64,000 nucleotides of DNA from Takakia lepidozioides (Eukaryota; Plantae; Bryophyta). Numbering within the stretch: position 1 is the stretch's first letter; each line of letters starts with the position of its first letter. The DNA is taken from contig CM060731.1 of the NCBI GenBank assembly GCA_030704615.1, forward strand, positions 78,430,001 to 78,494,000, read 5' to 3'. Positions 51,201 to 64,000 of this stretch are shown here, piece after piece. The translations under genes and the position numbers were made by a program. The notes beneath the pieces are model-generated. The model saw only the letters and a program-made list of their open reading frames with translations, did not search any database and was not told where the DNA came from.

Positions 51201-52266
51201 AGAGCACTATACGACCAACAAAATGGAAGGGAGTGGCTCTTTCGTGTGAAGAGACACTGGAGTGTTTATTCGGCAGGAGTCCACCTTCAATAAATTTTGT
51301 GTGCTCAAATTAGGAGACCCATTGACAGTTTCTGCTCAGATCTACGTCACAGCAACAAAAATAGCTCAGGCACCAGAGAGGACTTTGAGATTCCAGTTCA
51401 AGGGTATATGTAAATACTACTACACATACCACGGGTTAAGACACATAGAAGAAAGAAAGCAAACAGGAGAATTACCAGAATGGACTTTGGAATCTGACGG
51501 TTGATGAAGGACCGGCATTTTATGGTATCTTCGGTGTACACAAATCCAGGCCTCGCATGGATGTACACACTGTACTCGTGCACTCGTGATCCCTGTAACC
51601 CACCAGTCAGCAAATAGACACTAATGCAATCGTAACAAGCCAAACCTTCTGAGAGTCCTCATACTTTAACAGAACTGATAACCTAACTTAATTTTCAGAC
51701 GCCAAAAGAAGCTTGCACAGTTGACAGCCTTCAATGAAGTGGTGGAAGCACCTGTCAGTATGATTCCAGAAGGGTCCAGTATGGCATTGATGGGCAATTT
51801 TGCTATGATACAGCACAGAATGTCACAACACCTCCAGAAGGATTATATAAGACTAAAACAACTCAAAGTAAAACCAGTAATTACAGCCAAAAACAATCAG
51901 TCGTGTGAAACAGGTGTAACGACAAGACAGCCGAGGGCAGCAGGTTCAAAAAAAGAGGACGTTGATACAGCTCCAATTGGTTCATAGTGATTGCTACAAC
52001 CACAGGGAATGTTGGCTTACCAAAAAGAAATGTTCCCAGAGAAAGTCCAGTGGCATGTGATTTCTTGCCAAAAACAAAAAAGCTATCTTGGGTTCAGATG
52101 AATTGTAGTGCTGAGATTCGCTGAAAGAGGTTACAGAGGAAGAGGAATCATAAGAAATTAACGCCTGCAGCTTCGACATAACCACCACAACCAAAATGAC
52201 CACCATCAACAACAATGCACCAGCCCTCCATCTCCAGCGTGGATAACCAGGTATTCTTTTCTTCAT
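48247..52266 (-). CDS. Core-2/I-branching GT14-like (DUF266/BC10-type) glycosyltransferase, type II membrane protein
   Basis: N-terminal TM segment, then KIAFLFLAR..PLDFLWEHFF, YSVYIH, VEWGEASMIEAERLLL..DPLNQRF..SDSCIPL, WRKGSQWF, CIPDEHYIQT and CYLFARKF. Ten exons: 52266-52021, 51592-51476, 51060-50960, 50778-50707, 50544-50463, 50235-50155, 49522-49484, 49265-49200, 48789-48643, 48411-48247. Confidence 0.92.
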
Positions 52267-55200
52267 GACTGCTCCTGCCTGCACTTACAGGCTGTAAGTG
52301 CCATCCCCAGCCCATCTTCAATGTTCAGCATTGGCATCAAGTCTCCACCATTTTCTCACATCTGCTGCTATTGGCGTCTCAACATGCTGATAGTTTAGAC
52401 GCTCTCTTCTCAGAAGAAATGAGATAACGAATAAGGCAGATTGAACCTATGCCCAGGGCATTGTCAGGTTGAAAAAGAGTGCGCCAAAGCATACCTGGTT
52501 TATGCTTTCGAAGCTGATTGCGCTGCGGTATTACGGAATGCATCACAGCTCCTGCTGTTATGCCTATTTTCAAGGAACATGTCGCATATCACTGGTAACT
52601 GGCACTCAGCTCATTCCAAGCATGTCTGATGCCGCCTTCATGACATTGCCACCTCGAGTCAGCCATTGAAAAGAGTTTACAACACTATAAAAAGAGGTCA
52701 GTTATTGAGAACGTCTACATGAAGACGCAGGAGGGAAGAGAAAGATGAGAAGCACGTATAGCGAAATACAACAAGGAGCACAGTGAGAAGTGCAACAAAG
52801 TTGAAGACGAGCGTGAACGCCCCATGCAAAACCCAGACCGATGCACTCAAGAAAGAAAGGCTGGAGGATGGGATGGAGATTAAGAAGAGATAGAGGTGGG
52901 GCAATGCCGGGTAAAAGAACAATGGGTGACTCGAGAAAGGTACGTATCATGAAGAAGGGGAGGACAGAAACAGAGCAACTACCGAGAGCAGTTTGAGCAT
53001 GTACATGCCGGCATCACGAGCGGCCTCCCGCAGCACCTGCCTCAAGCCTACAGCAGATCGATGGGCAGTACTTTCTGCATCGACGATTCCTGCCACATAC
53101 TCTCCGTACTCTCACCTCCTTGCTTGGTTCTCAAGCACCTACAGTGCCAGCCTCATTCAAATCAAGTGCGTGAACTTCCTCCGCTCCTCCTCGTCATCTT
53201 CCTTCACATTTTACTTACCCACCAGCCCTTCAACGAGCTTGTACGTTGGTCAGGACTCATACGTCAGGACTCACGACCCATTCTTTCTTGACCCATGCAA
53301 CGAGATCTTCCGAGATCAAATCTTTTCTCCAGGATTTGAACCCAACATCAGTTGCTGGTAGCCAGTTATGGGTGGTATTGCATTTGCTATGATTCAGACC
53401 TATGAACCATATGATCGGAGGGTGGGTCCGGGGTGAGCAGGGTCCCACTCAAGATGGTTGTCTGTTACAGAGCTTGCAGAAACGACAGGCTACATAGCTC
53501 ATGTGACGATGGAGACTTCAATGAGTGATCACGGGCAAAGGTGGTGATCGGAAAAAATATATTCTTGAAAAGGATTGCACAGAACCCATAAGTGGAAAGA
53601 TTGCTATACTTGCCACTGCAGATGAATCATAATATGAAGGACTCGCTTGATCCATGTCTTATTTCGTCCAGGAATACCCACAGGCCTACACAATCACGTA
53701 CTGGACCTGCAGCAATTAATGGCCAGATTCTGAACAAAAGTTTCAAGTACATACTAGGCATGGTCCAGGGCGTGACGACAAGTTCCTTGCGAGGTGCTTG
53801 CAGGCTACATAAACAATTTTATCTCTGTATTCTAGACAGAGGACGTGCAGGGTTTGGACATAACGTAGCCTCTCTTTTTGAAACATTGAGCTCTGGAACT
53901 ATTTCATGGAATCTCTCTTTAGCTCATACCAATCAGCAACCCCTCCCTATATTTATGCACATTGCGCAGCAAGCATGCTCATAACGTAGTGATACATAGG
54001 AAAACTTTGATGTGATTCAAGAGCATAGATGATAGAAGTTGGGAAAATAGAGGAATGATGGAGATGGGTGGTGGGTGCACAACTCCCAAAATGGCCGTTA
54101 GAACAACATGTTGTAAATGCAGGAGGGGATGTTGCAGAAGACGCAATGATGACCACGACAGGACGATGCATTTCAAACTTTTACGCTGCTCCGCACATGA
54201 TCTTTCTCGCCGATCACTCATAGCCCCACCACACCAAGCTTTGTCTGGGCATGCTTGGCAAGCATGCTCCCTCCCGTCTACTATCAGAGCTGCCACCAAT
54301 AATCTACAGTCGCCGTCGTGTGTGGGATCACCTGAGAGAGCCATGGGACTGGCATATGTGGAAGAGACATTGCTGCTGGATGAAAAGGGGGTCCTCCACC
54401 CTCTCGCTTGGCTTTTGCTGACTTGGTTTCAGTTGCGTGGGGCAAGTTACATGCAACATTATGCCGATCTGGTGAAGCTCAAGCTATTACTGAAGACATT
54501 TGGCAACTCTGGGAAAAAGGCGGCATTATGTGCTTTCCAGATCTCTTAGGAGCGATGTTACGCCCACATTCTGTCCTCGAGAGAGATCTCTCTCCGCTTG
54601 CTATCCATCCTTTCCATGTCCCCCGAATTCGAGGAGCGGGCTGGGGGGTTAATTGAAAACACGGCCGCAAGGCAAGGCTTTCAGTTCGATCTCCCGTCCA
54701 CTAGTGGTCCTTGGTGCTCTTCATCTTATGCCTTAGTTGGCTAGTGCAGTTTGTTAGTTCCTGACACTTCTCCTGCTTTGTTGATTCTCGGGCCTTTGTG
54801 GTGGCTTGGTTTCCTAGCTACCGTCTCCTGCCAGTATGCTTTTATGTCCTGGGCTTGCAAGTTTCCTTCCCTTCCCCTCCACTTTCCATTTGTCTGCCTT
54901 CCCTCCCCCACGAATTCACCTCAGCAGTTACTTAAGCATCCTCTCTCTCCTTGAGTAGGATTAAGGGTGTATTTCATCTGCTTTGTCTCTAGTTATGAAT
55001 CCATCCCGCGATGCGAGTGGCTTTAATAAGGAAGAGGGTGAGGAATAGATCCTGCAGATCATTAAGACTGTATACCATCAGAGCCTCTTTCCTGAAGGCA
55101 TTCAAGGAATTCAAAGCACATATTGATGAAGAAGAATTGCTTCCACCATCATAGCAATTCACAAAACAACACCCGACAACATTCCCAAACTGATGTAGGA

Positions 55201-56117
55201 AAACAACCATTTGGAGAATATCAAGATCAAGGGCTTTCTTTCATTGAGAGGATGGCAGGTGGCATGTAAGCACAGCATCTGCTTCAAGTACAAACCTCAT
55301 TGTTATTAAAAGGTTGGTGATCTCATTATTGTCAATGCATCTCAATCTCATTAAGTATAAGGGACACAAGCGTTTGTGTGGAACGTATAGCTCTTTGACA
55401 AGAACATGGTGACCAAGACCCCAATATTCATTTCCTTGAACATTGTACACGAGCTTGCTGCGGAGTGTCTCCTATGACAGTTTTGACTTCTCAATCTAAA
55501 ATGGAGGGTCAAGAGTCCAATGTGCCATGGTCCCTTCCAAAATTGAGGTTGAGAAACTCATTAGGGCCCAGTTTACACGTCTTTCAGTGTGGGCGACCAG
55601 TTACATTGACAGATCTTCCATTTCATTTCACTGGCGTCCATATGCTTCAATACCTAGGTAGAGCTGATTTGTCAGCAAATCCAGCAAACAGAAGCCATTT
55701 ACCCTGGCGCTTTTGGCCTTTTGCCTGGAAAGAAGACCCCTCATTCCTGTAAAGAGGTCTAGTGTGAAACCACCTCTTTAACTAGGTAAGGAGCAGGTGA
55801 TGATGCCCTTGCCACTCAGGATTCTGACATGGAAAAACTCAACTGATAAAACAGCTTTAGATAATTTACCTCTATAATTTGTTAAGAGGAGAACTGCACT
55901 TCTCACCCAGGTGGTTTGTGACATGACAATCTGAAGCTAATGATACAATCTTGTATATTTTGCATGAGGTAGAAAGAGAGGGAGCCACCAAACAGAAGTA
56001 TCCTGGAAACAGGAGATCCTGTGAGGAATAGAAACTGTGTGATGGCATGCCAGGTTCTAAGCAAAATTGCTTTCCCCCGCACTTTGCCTTGTTTACAGGA
56101 CAAACAACTATGCACAA

Positions 56118-59100
56118 TTAGAACCAATCAACCCACTGGTCCCTCCGAGTTGGTTTGCGCTTGGGGGGTGCATATCTGCCATTTTCGTAGGTGGCGCAAG
56201 CTATCAGTGATTCAAGCGTCAGCGCCTCGCTTGAATATGCATTATCTTCCAGGGTTCTGCAGGCAGGGCTCCACAAATAAGTCATATACATGAAACAAGC
56301 GAACTCCAACAAAAAAGGTGGTTTTTGGCAGGGGGGGTTTTAGATGCACATGAGAACAGCATGCAATCTGTCTACTACCCAGAAAGGTGAAAGCATCCTT
56401 CGATAGGTTTGTCACAGTGATGGTCTGCAATTCAGCAGCAGAGATGGACCTAGACTTCATCACATGTCATCATACATCAATGGGGAGGAGGGGGAGTAAG
56501 ACCTCTGCATGAGATCTTCCAACAAAATCCTTTGTTGAGGAGTGACCCAATGGATGCAATTGCGCGGACACTGCCCAACTGCCAGCTGCACTCCATAATC
56601 CTCTTCTTGCCCTGCCCCGCAGTGCCTTGGATGTTACTTCTAATTTCACGTACTACATTTACTAGGCCGTAACGGTATTAGCTTGTATGTGGGTGATGCA
56701 TGAAGGAGCAAGGAGAACGAGAAGGAGCAATTACATGTTACACACATCGGCAAATCTTGTGGTAATTATTAAATATTGATCATTCCTCATTTTCTCAGCC
56801 CACCAGGGTATACTGGGCTCTATTTCAAATCACCGTGTTTCCACACAACCGACAACAATCCAATCCCAGGGAATTGAGACGATGGGCTGGTAAAATATCA
56901 TGCTACAAGTCGTGGGGGTGATTTGACTGTTGGTCCTCTAGCTCTAGCTTGCAATATATGAAACTGTGGTTGCACTGTCAGTCAGACATAGGGCATACAA
57001 TGAGACACAAACCCAGAGGGAGGAAGGGTGATGCACAGACTGGTGTCAATTCCTCAAATTAACAATCATCCTAAGTATGGCCAATGCAACCTACAAGAAT
57101 AAAGAAGCGAATGGAGCATCAAAACAGAACCAACCAACACAACTCACCCTGAGACACAGCACGGGCAAACCCGGTGTTGGCAGCAAATTGGAACACATTT
57201 GGCGCCCTTGCTACACATGAATACGGGCAGCCTGCCACTCCAATGTCAGGCCCAATGGTACGTGTCAGACCCACTTGGAGATTCAACAAGGCAGATGGAG
57301 ATTGCATCTCCCTTTCAACCCAGCATCCTCTCTCTACAAAGAAGATTTCATAGCCATAAGACAGTACTACATCGTGCCCTTTTACCTCCCCCCAGATTCT
57401 CCACAAACACCAAGAGAATTTTGTGCAACTCCCAAGTTGGCTCTCAAGTCTTACAGTTTAAGACAGGAAGGTGGACAACAGAGAATTGTCCACTATGTGT
57501 CACACAATAGTGGATCATTCTTTCATGTGTGCCCTATATAAGAGAGAAGATACTGTGTGGTCTTTCAGAGATTGTGTGTTCTCGGCAGAGGCCTTGAGCA
57601 GTGATGACCTGAGCGCTTAGCAATAACCATCATGAGGCACCAAGCCCCATCTGGGATATTTGGACATGTTCTTTTGGTTTCCTTGTGTTGTATACTTTTG
57701 GTTCTTCTGTGGATCTTAAGGTTTTTGGCCATGTTCTTAGGTTCTCTTGTGTAAGTCTACAGTGTCCAGTGGACCATCTGAGCCCCAACAAACCCCTTCT
57801 TCTTTCTCCCCCTCTAAGAATCCAGCTTTTACATGAATCCACATCTATCAGATAAACTCACTGGTCTCTTTTTTCTTCCCTCAAACTTTCTGCCTGTCTG
57901 AAGAAAAAATTGTCCACAAGCAGATTTCAGGACCTTAAACAAGAAGCTAAAAATTGAAAGAATGTACTCATAAGACGTAAAAATTGAAAGACAGAGAGAG
58001 AAGAGGGAACCTTTGCCAATGCAGTTAATTTCATTCACAAATACATCCTTAGCCTCACACTCCGGGTCTTCAAATGGATCCATACTCCTGGACAATATTA
58101 CCCAGTTTCTCTGGTTTGAGAACAACCACACAATTTCTCACAAACTGTATCCACCCTATCAAGAACAAGTGTTATTTCATACGATAGCTCTGGTCTGCTC
58201 TAGATTAACATCAGAGACAGTTCCTGCTGTGAACTTCAAGATTTGCAACTATATTTAACCTGGCAGGATCCGATTATCATTGTGGAAACACTATTTCCGT
58301 TCCACCCTATAAATCTTGCTCGGATATGCAGACCGCCAATTCCTTCAACAGAGGATATCTACCATAAACGTTGAAGAATGGGTAAAAGGCCAAAGTGGCG
58401 AACTGCTCCACATACCTTTTGTACATGCCATGTTCCACACCCTCGGTCAACAACTGCAGATGCACAAACAACCACAGACGTCCATCATTGAGGAACTACC
58501 AAAAAGGGGAAACCTCTGCTCTCTCTCTCTCTGTTCAATCAGGCACACACACACCACCCCAATAATCAGAAAGGTAAGCGAATGAACAAAAGGGTACCTC
58601 ATAAGCCCGAATGAGGCGCTGGGTGATAGCATCTGCATTTTCGGAGCCTTTGTAGACATCAGGATGATATTCCTTCACCTGCCCAAGGAGTTTCGCCAAA
58701 ATGATCTCTTAACAAACTACACTGCAGCGAAGTCTGTGAGGGTTGCCCATGTCCGTGCTGCTGATGGAAACATGTGTGTATTGTGTTACTACGGAACTGT
58801 AATTGACCTACATATAAAAATTGTGGTGGCCAATAATCAGTAGTACGCAAATCACAAATTCAACCCTTGTTTCAGGCAAACTCATCACCTTCCCATGTGA
58901 GCCTGGTGGGTGCTGCTAGGCCTGTGTGCATGTGACTGCTTATCTTTCTTGGGAGGGAAGAAAAGATAGCATAAGTGTCCCAACATAAAACTTAACACAA
59001 AACTTAACGAGTACAACATTGAATCGAGATAATACAAAAACTGAGGGTTGAGTACAGCCAAACAAGAATGACCATACCCGGGTCCGGAAAGCAGCCTTGA

Positions 59101-59575
59101 TATCCTCCTGACTGGAATCCGGGGAAATGCCCAACACGGTGTAGGGGTTCGCCATCCAATCCCCACTCGCCAGATTTGTTTGATTTCTTCCATTGGCTTG
59201 ATACCACTTCTCCCTCTTCCTGCCAGCCCTTTCATCGTACTCTCTAAGAGTAGTCCACCCTAGTCCCTTGGAACATAATCCATCAAAAGCTCTGAAGTGA
59301 CGATCCCGTGGTAAAACAAAGGGTCTAAAGCGAACAAGGATTGAGTGAGCTGGAGATAATTTGTGCTTATCCTGCAGGTGGCTGTGGGTTGGAGAATTTT
59401 GAACAGCTTTGTCAGGCCTATGTGGAGAAGAGCCTACATTTGCTTGTTTGCGTCTAAATTTACATATAATTGAGCTTTTCCCGCAATAACATCTGTTCAC
59501 GAATTCACTGCAAACAGGGCAACCTTCAGAGTCCAAAAATGGGCGGCCACTCATGGGCAAGCAAACACCGACCAT
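56118..59575 (-). CDS. DJC82: Chloroplast DnaJ-ferredoxin protein (J domain + 4Fe-4S domain), DJC82-type
   Basis: J domain NPYTVLG..IKAAFR..^VKEYHPD; Fe-S motifs VFVNEINCIGK^GCPYSCV and AVGQCPRNCIHW; C-terminal VDWF. Exons 59575-59078, 58678-58598, 58453-58416, 58087-58011, 57231-57148, 56611-56503 and 56256-56118. Confidence 0.88.
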
Positions 59576-60378
59576 CTTTGCAGCCTAAATCAAAGAATTC
59601 GAATATTGTCTTAGACTGGAGTTCACACCTTGGCTCAAGCGTAAAATGAAAGAAGGTGACGAAGTTTGAAAATGGCAAGTTGGAATCGCACAGAGGGTAA
59701 GCGGAAAACTTGAGTTCAACTTTGAACTTTGATTTGCTAGAATCCAGAGCACGACTCTCAATTGAAAGGCCCAGCAGCGCAAACGAAATGAGGCAAGCAG
59801 CTGAGTCTTTGAGACAACAGGTTCGATTTTTCAAGACAGATATCAGAAGGGCCGGAAAAGGCCCAGCTTGAGAACAGAGAAAGAAGAAGAGGCCAACTGG
59901 TGACTACAGTCTCACACAAGTTCCCTTCCCCAAGGAGCAATCCATCCATGGGCTGCCTAGCAGCCCTCTGTTTGCGGGGGCTCATCCACCAGTAACCCCT
60001 TGTACCGCACAGCACTTAGTAGGGCGTGCGGGGCGGGATCCGACTTCACCCCCCGTTTTGTTGGGTTGTAGGACGGGCCCGACGTGCCAGGCAGGGAAAC
60101 CTGCCAGCGGCAGCAGGCAGAGGATCTCTGCATTTATTGTGATGCCGGCCATTTTGGCCTTGGATAACTCAGCTTTTGGCAATGAAGCTGGGGCAGGTGG
60201 CGCTGGAAAGCCCTCAATCTGGGCTACAATCTTCGTGCTGGCGGCTCTTCAATCGGACAAGGATTCAGAAAGTTATGGCTGTTTGATCACATTGTACGTT
60301 ACACTCGTAGTGTAACAGCCGCTCTCTTCCTGGAGACTCTTTCTGTCTCTAAGTATACAGGGACCGGAGATTGCATGC

Positions 60379-61950
60379 ATGTTTCCAGCTTGTGGGTCCT
60401 TGGCTAGGCTTGCAGCCTCTGGTTGCCGACCTTCACTACGCTACTTCACAGCCCGCTGCGAGGGATTACCATCGCCTCGGCATGTACAGATTTGTTTACT
60501 GAGCTCCATCGACGCCTCCCAGGAGGTGTCCTCCAAAGTGTGTTCTCACTGGAGTTACCCTTTCTCTCCAGCTAGGTTTTTGAAAGAATTCAGCCCCTTC
60601 TGAGTCTTGCAAGCTACCAAGCATGAACTGCTCACCCTCCCTCTCTCATTTCTTAGTCTAAATGACCAATTTCTGATGGTTTGGTTGCAGATGGAGAAAG
60701 AGACTTTCTACTTTGGATCATACAAGATAGATGCCAGTGAGGTGTTTCTAGTCACACCACATTCTTATGCATTCATCAATCTGCGGCCGGTTGTTCCTGG
60801 TAAATTCTCAGTGAAATATTTTGCCAGAACTAGGTGCTCCCTGAGCTCTTGCTCTCATTGCTTCTTTTGTAGGGACTAGATGCATGATTTTTCCTTCAAA
60901 TCCAATTGTTGCATCACTCATGTAGAATTGATCTCCAAATATCCATCTTCAGCTTTAGAGATGCATGGAGAGTTGAAAGAGATGGCACATATAATATAAA
61001 TGTGACCTCTTAGATGGAGATTATGCGACACAAGCACTGGAAATCTCTTTCAATCATTGTCAGAGTGCAAATTAAGTTGGCAATACATGGTTTTGGTTTC
61101 CATATCAGAATAGCACACCTGAACACTTATTCCCTGTTTTGTGTGTGCATGTGTTGCTAGGTCATATCCTTCTCAGTGTCTGCATGTGGATACTTGGAGG
61201 TCCCAGCTTTATGAGAATTGGCTTTCTAAATGAATAGAACCTAGACTTAGGTATTTATCATGGAAGTGAAACCCTCCCTGCATCTTGTGAGTCTTTCAAG
61301 GTAATCTTGATGAGCCACATCAATCAATAACTCTCCTTGAACAGCAACTAGAGGTGAAAAAAGCTGGATCACCAGGTAAAAAAAACAACTACAGTTGGAT
61401 CTTTGAAATAGGAATTCAAGCTGGATCAGTAGGAAACTTGCTACATACCTTGATGAATACAGATAAGGTGTTGATAAACCTCTTAGATTCTTGGTATAAA
61501 CCCACGATTGGTAGATTGTCTCCACCATTATCATGGTAATCATAGGCTTTAGAACACGTGGTGACACTACTTGGTAAGCAGCGTCTGCATGCTTGATCCT
61601 TGTTAAACTTCTCTGACTCCACAACCTTTGGGAAGAAAGATGCACAGACTTAGTCAGTATGGTCTGTCGAATATGATGCTATGAAAGGTTCAGGAAAGAA
61701 TTCTGCGAAAAAAATAGCAACATGACAAGTGAACCACAGTAGCTTCGACCTTTTAAAAAAGGAGCATTACAGATCATGATAATACCTTGACTAAGATGGT
61801 AAACATGTGCTGGTGACTGCTCGGAGACTAGTACCGCGGTTCCTAGACTTGACTTCAGAGGAGGCCTCCGATTTGTGGCTCACTGCCAAGCGTGTTGGGC
61901 AGAAATTGGAGCCCTTTTTCAAGGCATCATCATTGAGTTTTTCTATACAG
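60379..61950 (+). CDS. FHIT: FHIT-like bis(5'-adenosyl)-triphosphatase (HIT family); 3' exons with the HIT motif lie beyond the window
   Basis: Exons 60379-60525, 60691-60799, microexon 61161-61163 and 61805-61950 give FGSYKI..EVF..SYAFINLRPVVPGHVLV..R..RFLDLT.EE.SDLW..A..VG..LE..SFSIQ. Confidence 0.9.
61164..61804 (+). other. U12-type (minor spliceosome) AT-AC intron
   Basis: 5' end ATATCCTT, branch-site-like TACCTTGAC at 61783-61791, 3' end AC. Its removal restores the conserved PGHVLV. Confidence 0.9.
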
Positions 61951-62153
61951 GTTCTCGTCTCACACCCCATGGGCCTATACTGTTATATTCCCAAACAAGC
62001 ACTCTTTAGGGTCTGTCAGGGCTTTGGAGGTCTGTGGCATTGCCAGAGCCTTTGATGACAAGGAGTGTCTGATATTTTGCTTGCTTCCTTCAGACAGGAT
62101 ATATTTCATTTAAAGTAGAGATTGCAAGACACTAACCAGTAACTGGTTATTTC

Positions 62154-62941
62154 CAGTGTTGGCCGGGTACCATGTTTTGAGCCCTCTTCCGATCCCGGTT
62201 ATAGCCTACTCTTTGAAAAAAATGGAGGGCCGGGGCAGGGTATACCAATAGGTTTAAAAAACATCTCGGTTACAGGTTCTCATTAAACACATGAATTTTT
62301 TTTGTCCGGTTCTCAATCTACGGGTCATATCATCTTAAAAAATGCCGGTTCCATGGTACTGGTTATGGGATTCATCCATTTTTATTTTTTTTACTTTTTC
62401 TGGACTTTTTGTGTATGTGTGTAAAACTACACAAAGAGGGCTGTGGCCTCATCTGTTGGCCTATGGATCTGATTTTCAAATGTTAAACCCCCGACATCTA
62501 TCTCTGGGGGCTCCGCCCTTGTAATACACTAAGCTTGCAGCTTACAACTATTATTTTAGCCAAATGCCCAACTAATTAATTTCCTATCTACTTGGACATT
62601 CTCCCTAACCATTATAAATGTATTGTAACTAAGTAAAGACATAACATTCCCCTCAGCATCTGTCCATCTGTAATGTTCTTAATTACCATCACCAACCCCC
62701 TACATGTATTATCTAGAACCGCCTCTACGACATCCACATTTGTTCCGGATCTTGCACCGGGTATAACATCCTTACAATCACGATGCCGGTGCTCTAGCCG
62801 GTTAGGAAGCTCGATGGCTTTTGCTGGTTCCCTTCCATAGCCGGTTCCTACGGGGGCTACACTTTCCGGTCGTGCATATGTGCATAACCGGCAAATAACC
62901 GCCGGATATGCATGTCCAGATGCCATACCCGGCCAACACTG
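62154..62941. mobile_element. Non-autonomous hAT element (MITE), 788 bp, in a FHIT intron
   Basis: Perfect 16-bp TIR CAGTGTTGGCCGGGTA / TACCCGGCCAACACTG, perfect 8-bp TSD GTTATTTC (62146-62153, 62942-62949), and many internal CCGGTT-type subterminal motifs. Confidence 0.95.
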
Positions 62942-64000
62942 GTTATTTCTGGTTATTGGACTCTTGTTATGCCAGGTAACTCTCTTAGGCAGTTTGTTCC
63001 ACTGTGGGACAAACATATGAGGGAAGAATCTACACTCCAGAAATCTCAGTCGTCAATGACTGCAAATTCTATGGCAACTGATATAGATTTCGCTTGATTG
63101 TACAATTTACAATCATGTCTTTATTGATATAGTTGAGCATAATGCAATACAAACTATTGCTGATATTTTTTGGTGAAAGGAAATAAATTTGATTTGCAAG
63201 AAGCAAATTAAATTCATATACTACACAACTTATTAGTTTATCATTCCTCCAATAAATTAAATAATACAATATAGAATACACAGACACACAGTAAGAAATC
63301 AAAAAAGAAGAACTATCACAAAGAAGAACAGTACAGAAAAAACTCCTGCCAGTGTGATATAGTCCATATATTACCAGCTTGAGGTGGTCTGACAGTTAAC
63401 CACACAATGCAGGTTGTGATGACTCAAAAAAGTAAGGTGATACCAAACACCTCTGGACATGAGAAGATAACCTACTATCTGGTAATGGAACCTACCCTCA
63501 CAACTAACCTCCATCATCTAAGAAGCTTCAATCTAAAAGAATCCTTGGCTCATATCAAGTGTTGTGGTAGTCAGTCACTGAAGACGCCTGCCAAATTTTG
63601 GCGGCACCTTCTACTGTCCTTCCTCATTCTAATCCTCGCCAATTTGCTAATTGCAATTCCTCAGCTCATATCAAGAGTGAAGTTAATCAAAGGTGAAGAC
63701 ACCTGCAGTTTCAGTGGCACCTTCCTCATTCCAATCCCTGCAAGGCCCATCTCTTCCTTCTTGCTTCTCTAGCTTGCTTAACCTAAGATTCCGACCTTGC
63801 AACAATCAGTAGTCATACCCACATGTCCAATCTTCTGCTCTACTCTAAACCTGTGTGACAGGAGACATTGTTTCCAGCCTTAAAGCACAAACTTCAGAAC
63901 TCTGGCATAAAACTGCATGTACAGGGTACGAAGGCCAATTCCTATGCGTTAAGAGTTCTGGACAAATATGCCAAGCACTTGCAGAACAACATCAGTACTG

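Noticed and set aside
53325-53400. B-box GGTTCAAATCC on the minus strand (tRNA or SINE)
   Set aside because: No clear A-box or cloverleaf was found.
54055-55800. Decayed retroelement-like coding fragments
   Set aside because: No diagnostic motif could be identified by eye.

Overview
Eukaryotic, intron-rich land-plant nuclear DNA; the compact gene spacing and gene set suggest a bryophyte or other seed-free plant (inference). Bases 1-10.3 kb hold a cluster of Mutator-like (MULE) DNA transposons. Element 1 (<1-6841) carries a GCM-finger/MULE-DDE/SWIM transposase (+, three frameshifts) and a divergently transcribed, spliced ParB/Srx-domain gene (-) that runs off the left edge. Element 2 (6842-9426) is a scrambled, diverged relative. 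Undoing its internal inversion (7375-8492) and splicing one intron gives PWRG..EKSPAFMQTLVETCSRHGGRVVDLSMGTG^ASFHA|CKSAGRHFFDMEAD downstream of the ParB exon. That string matches the SAM-binding half of a prokaryote-type beta-class N4-cytosine/N6-adenine DNA methyltransferase. The main candidate novel system is therefore a plant MULE family carrying a ParB-amino-MTase cargo gene; the catalytic motif itself is not visible in the window. The rest of the window holds seven host genes: an MSP1/spastin-like AAA ATPase, a CFL1-like WW protein, an OPF-like PHD-BAH protein, MDP1 phosphatase, a BC10/DUF266 glycosyltransferase, the DnaJ-ferredoxin DJC82 and FHIT (with a 3-nt microexon abutting an AT-AC U12 intron). 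It also holds a (CT)n-associated LINE family, an intact hAT MITE and decayed CACTA/hAT remnants at 27-33 kb. All splice models and alignments were made by eye.
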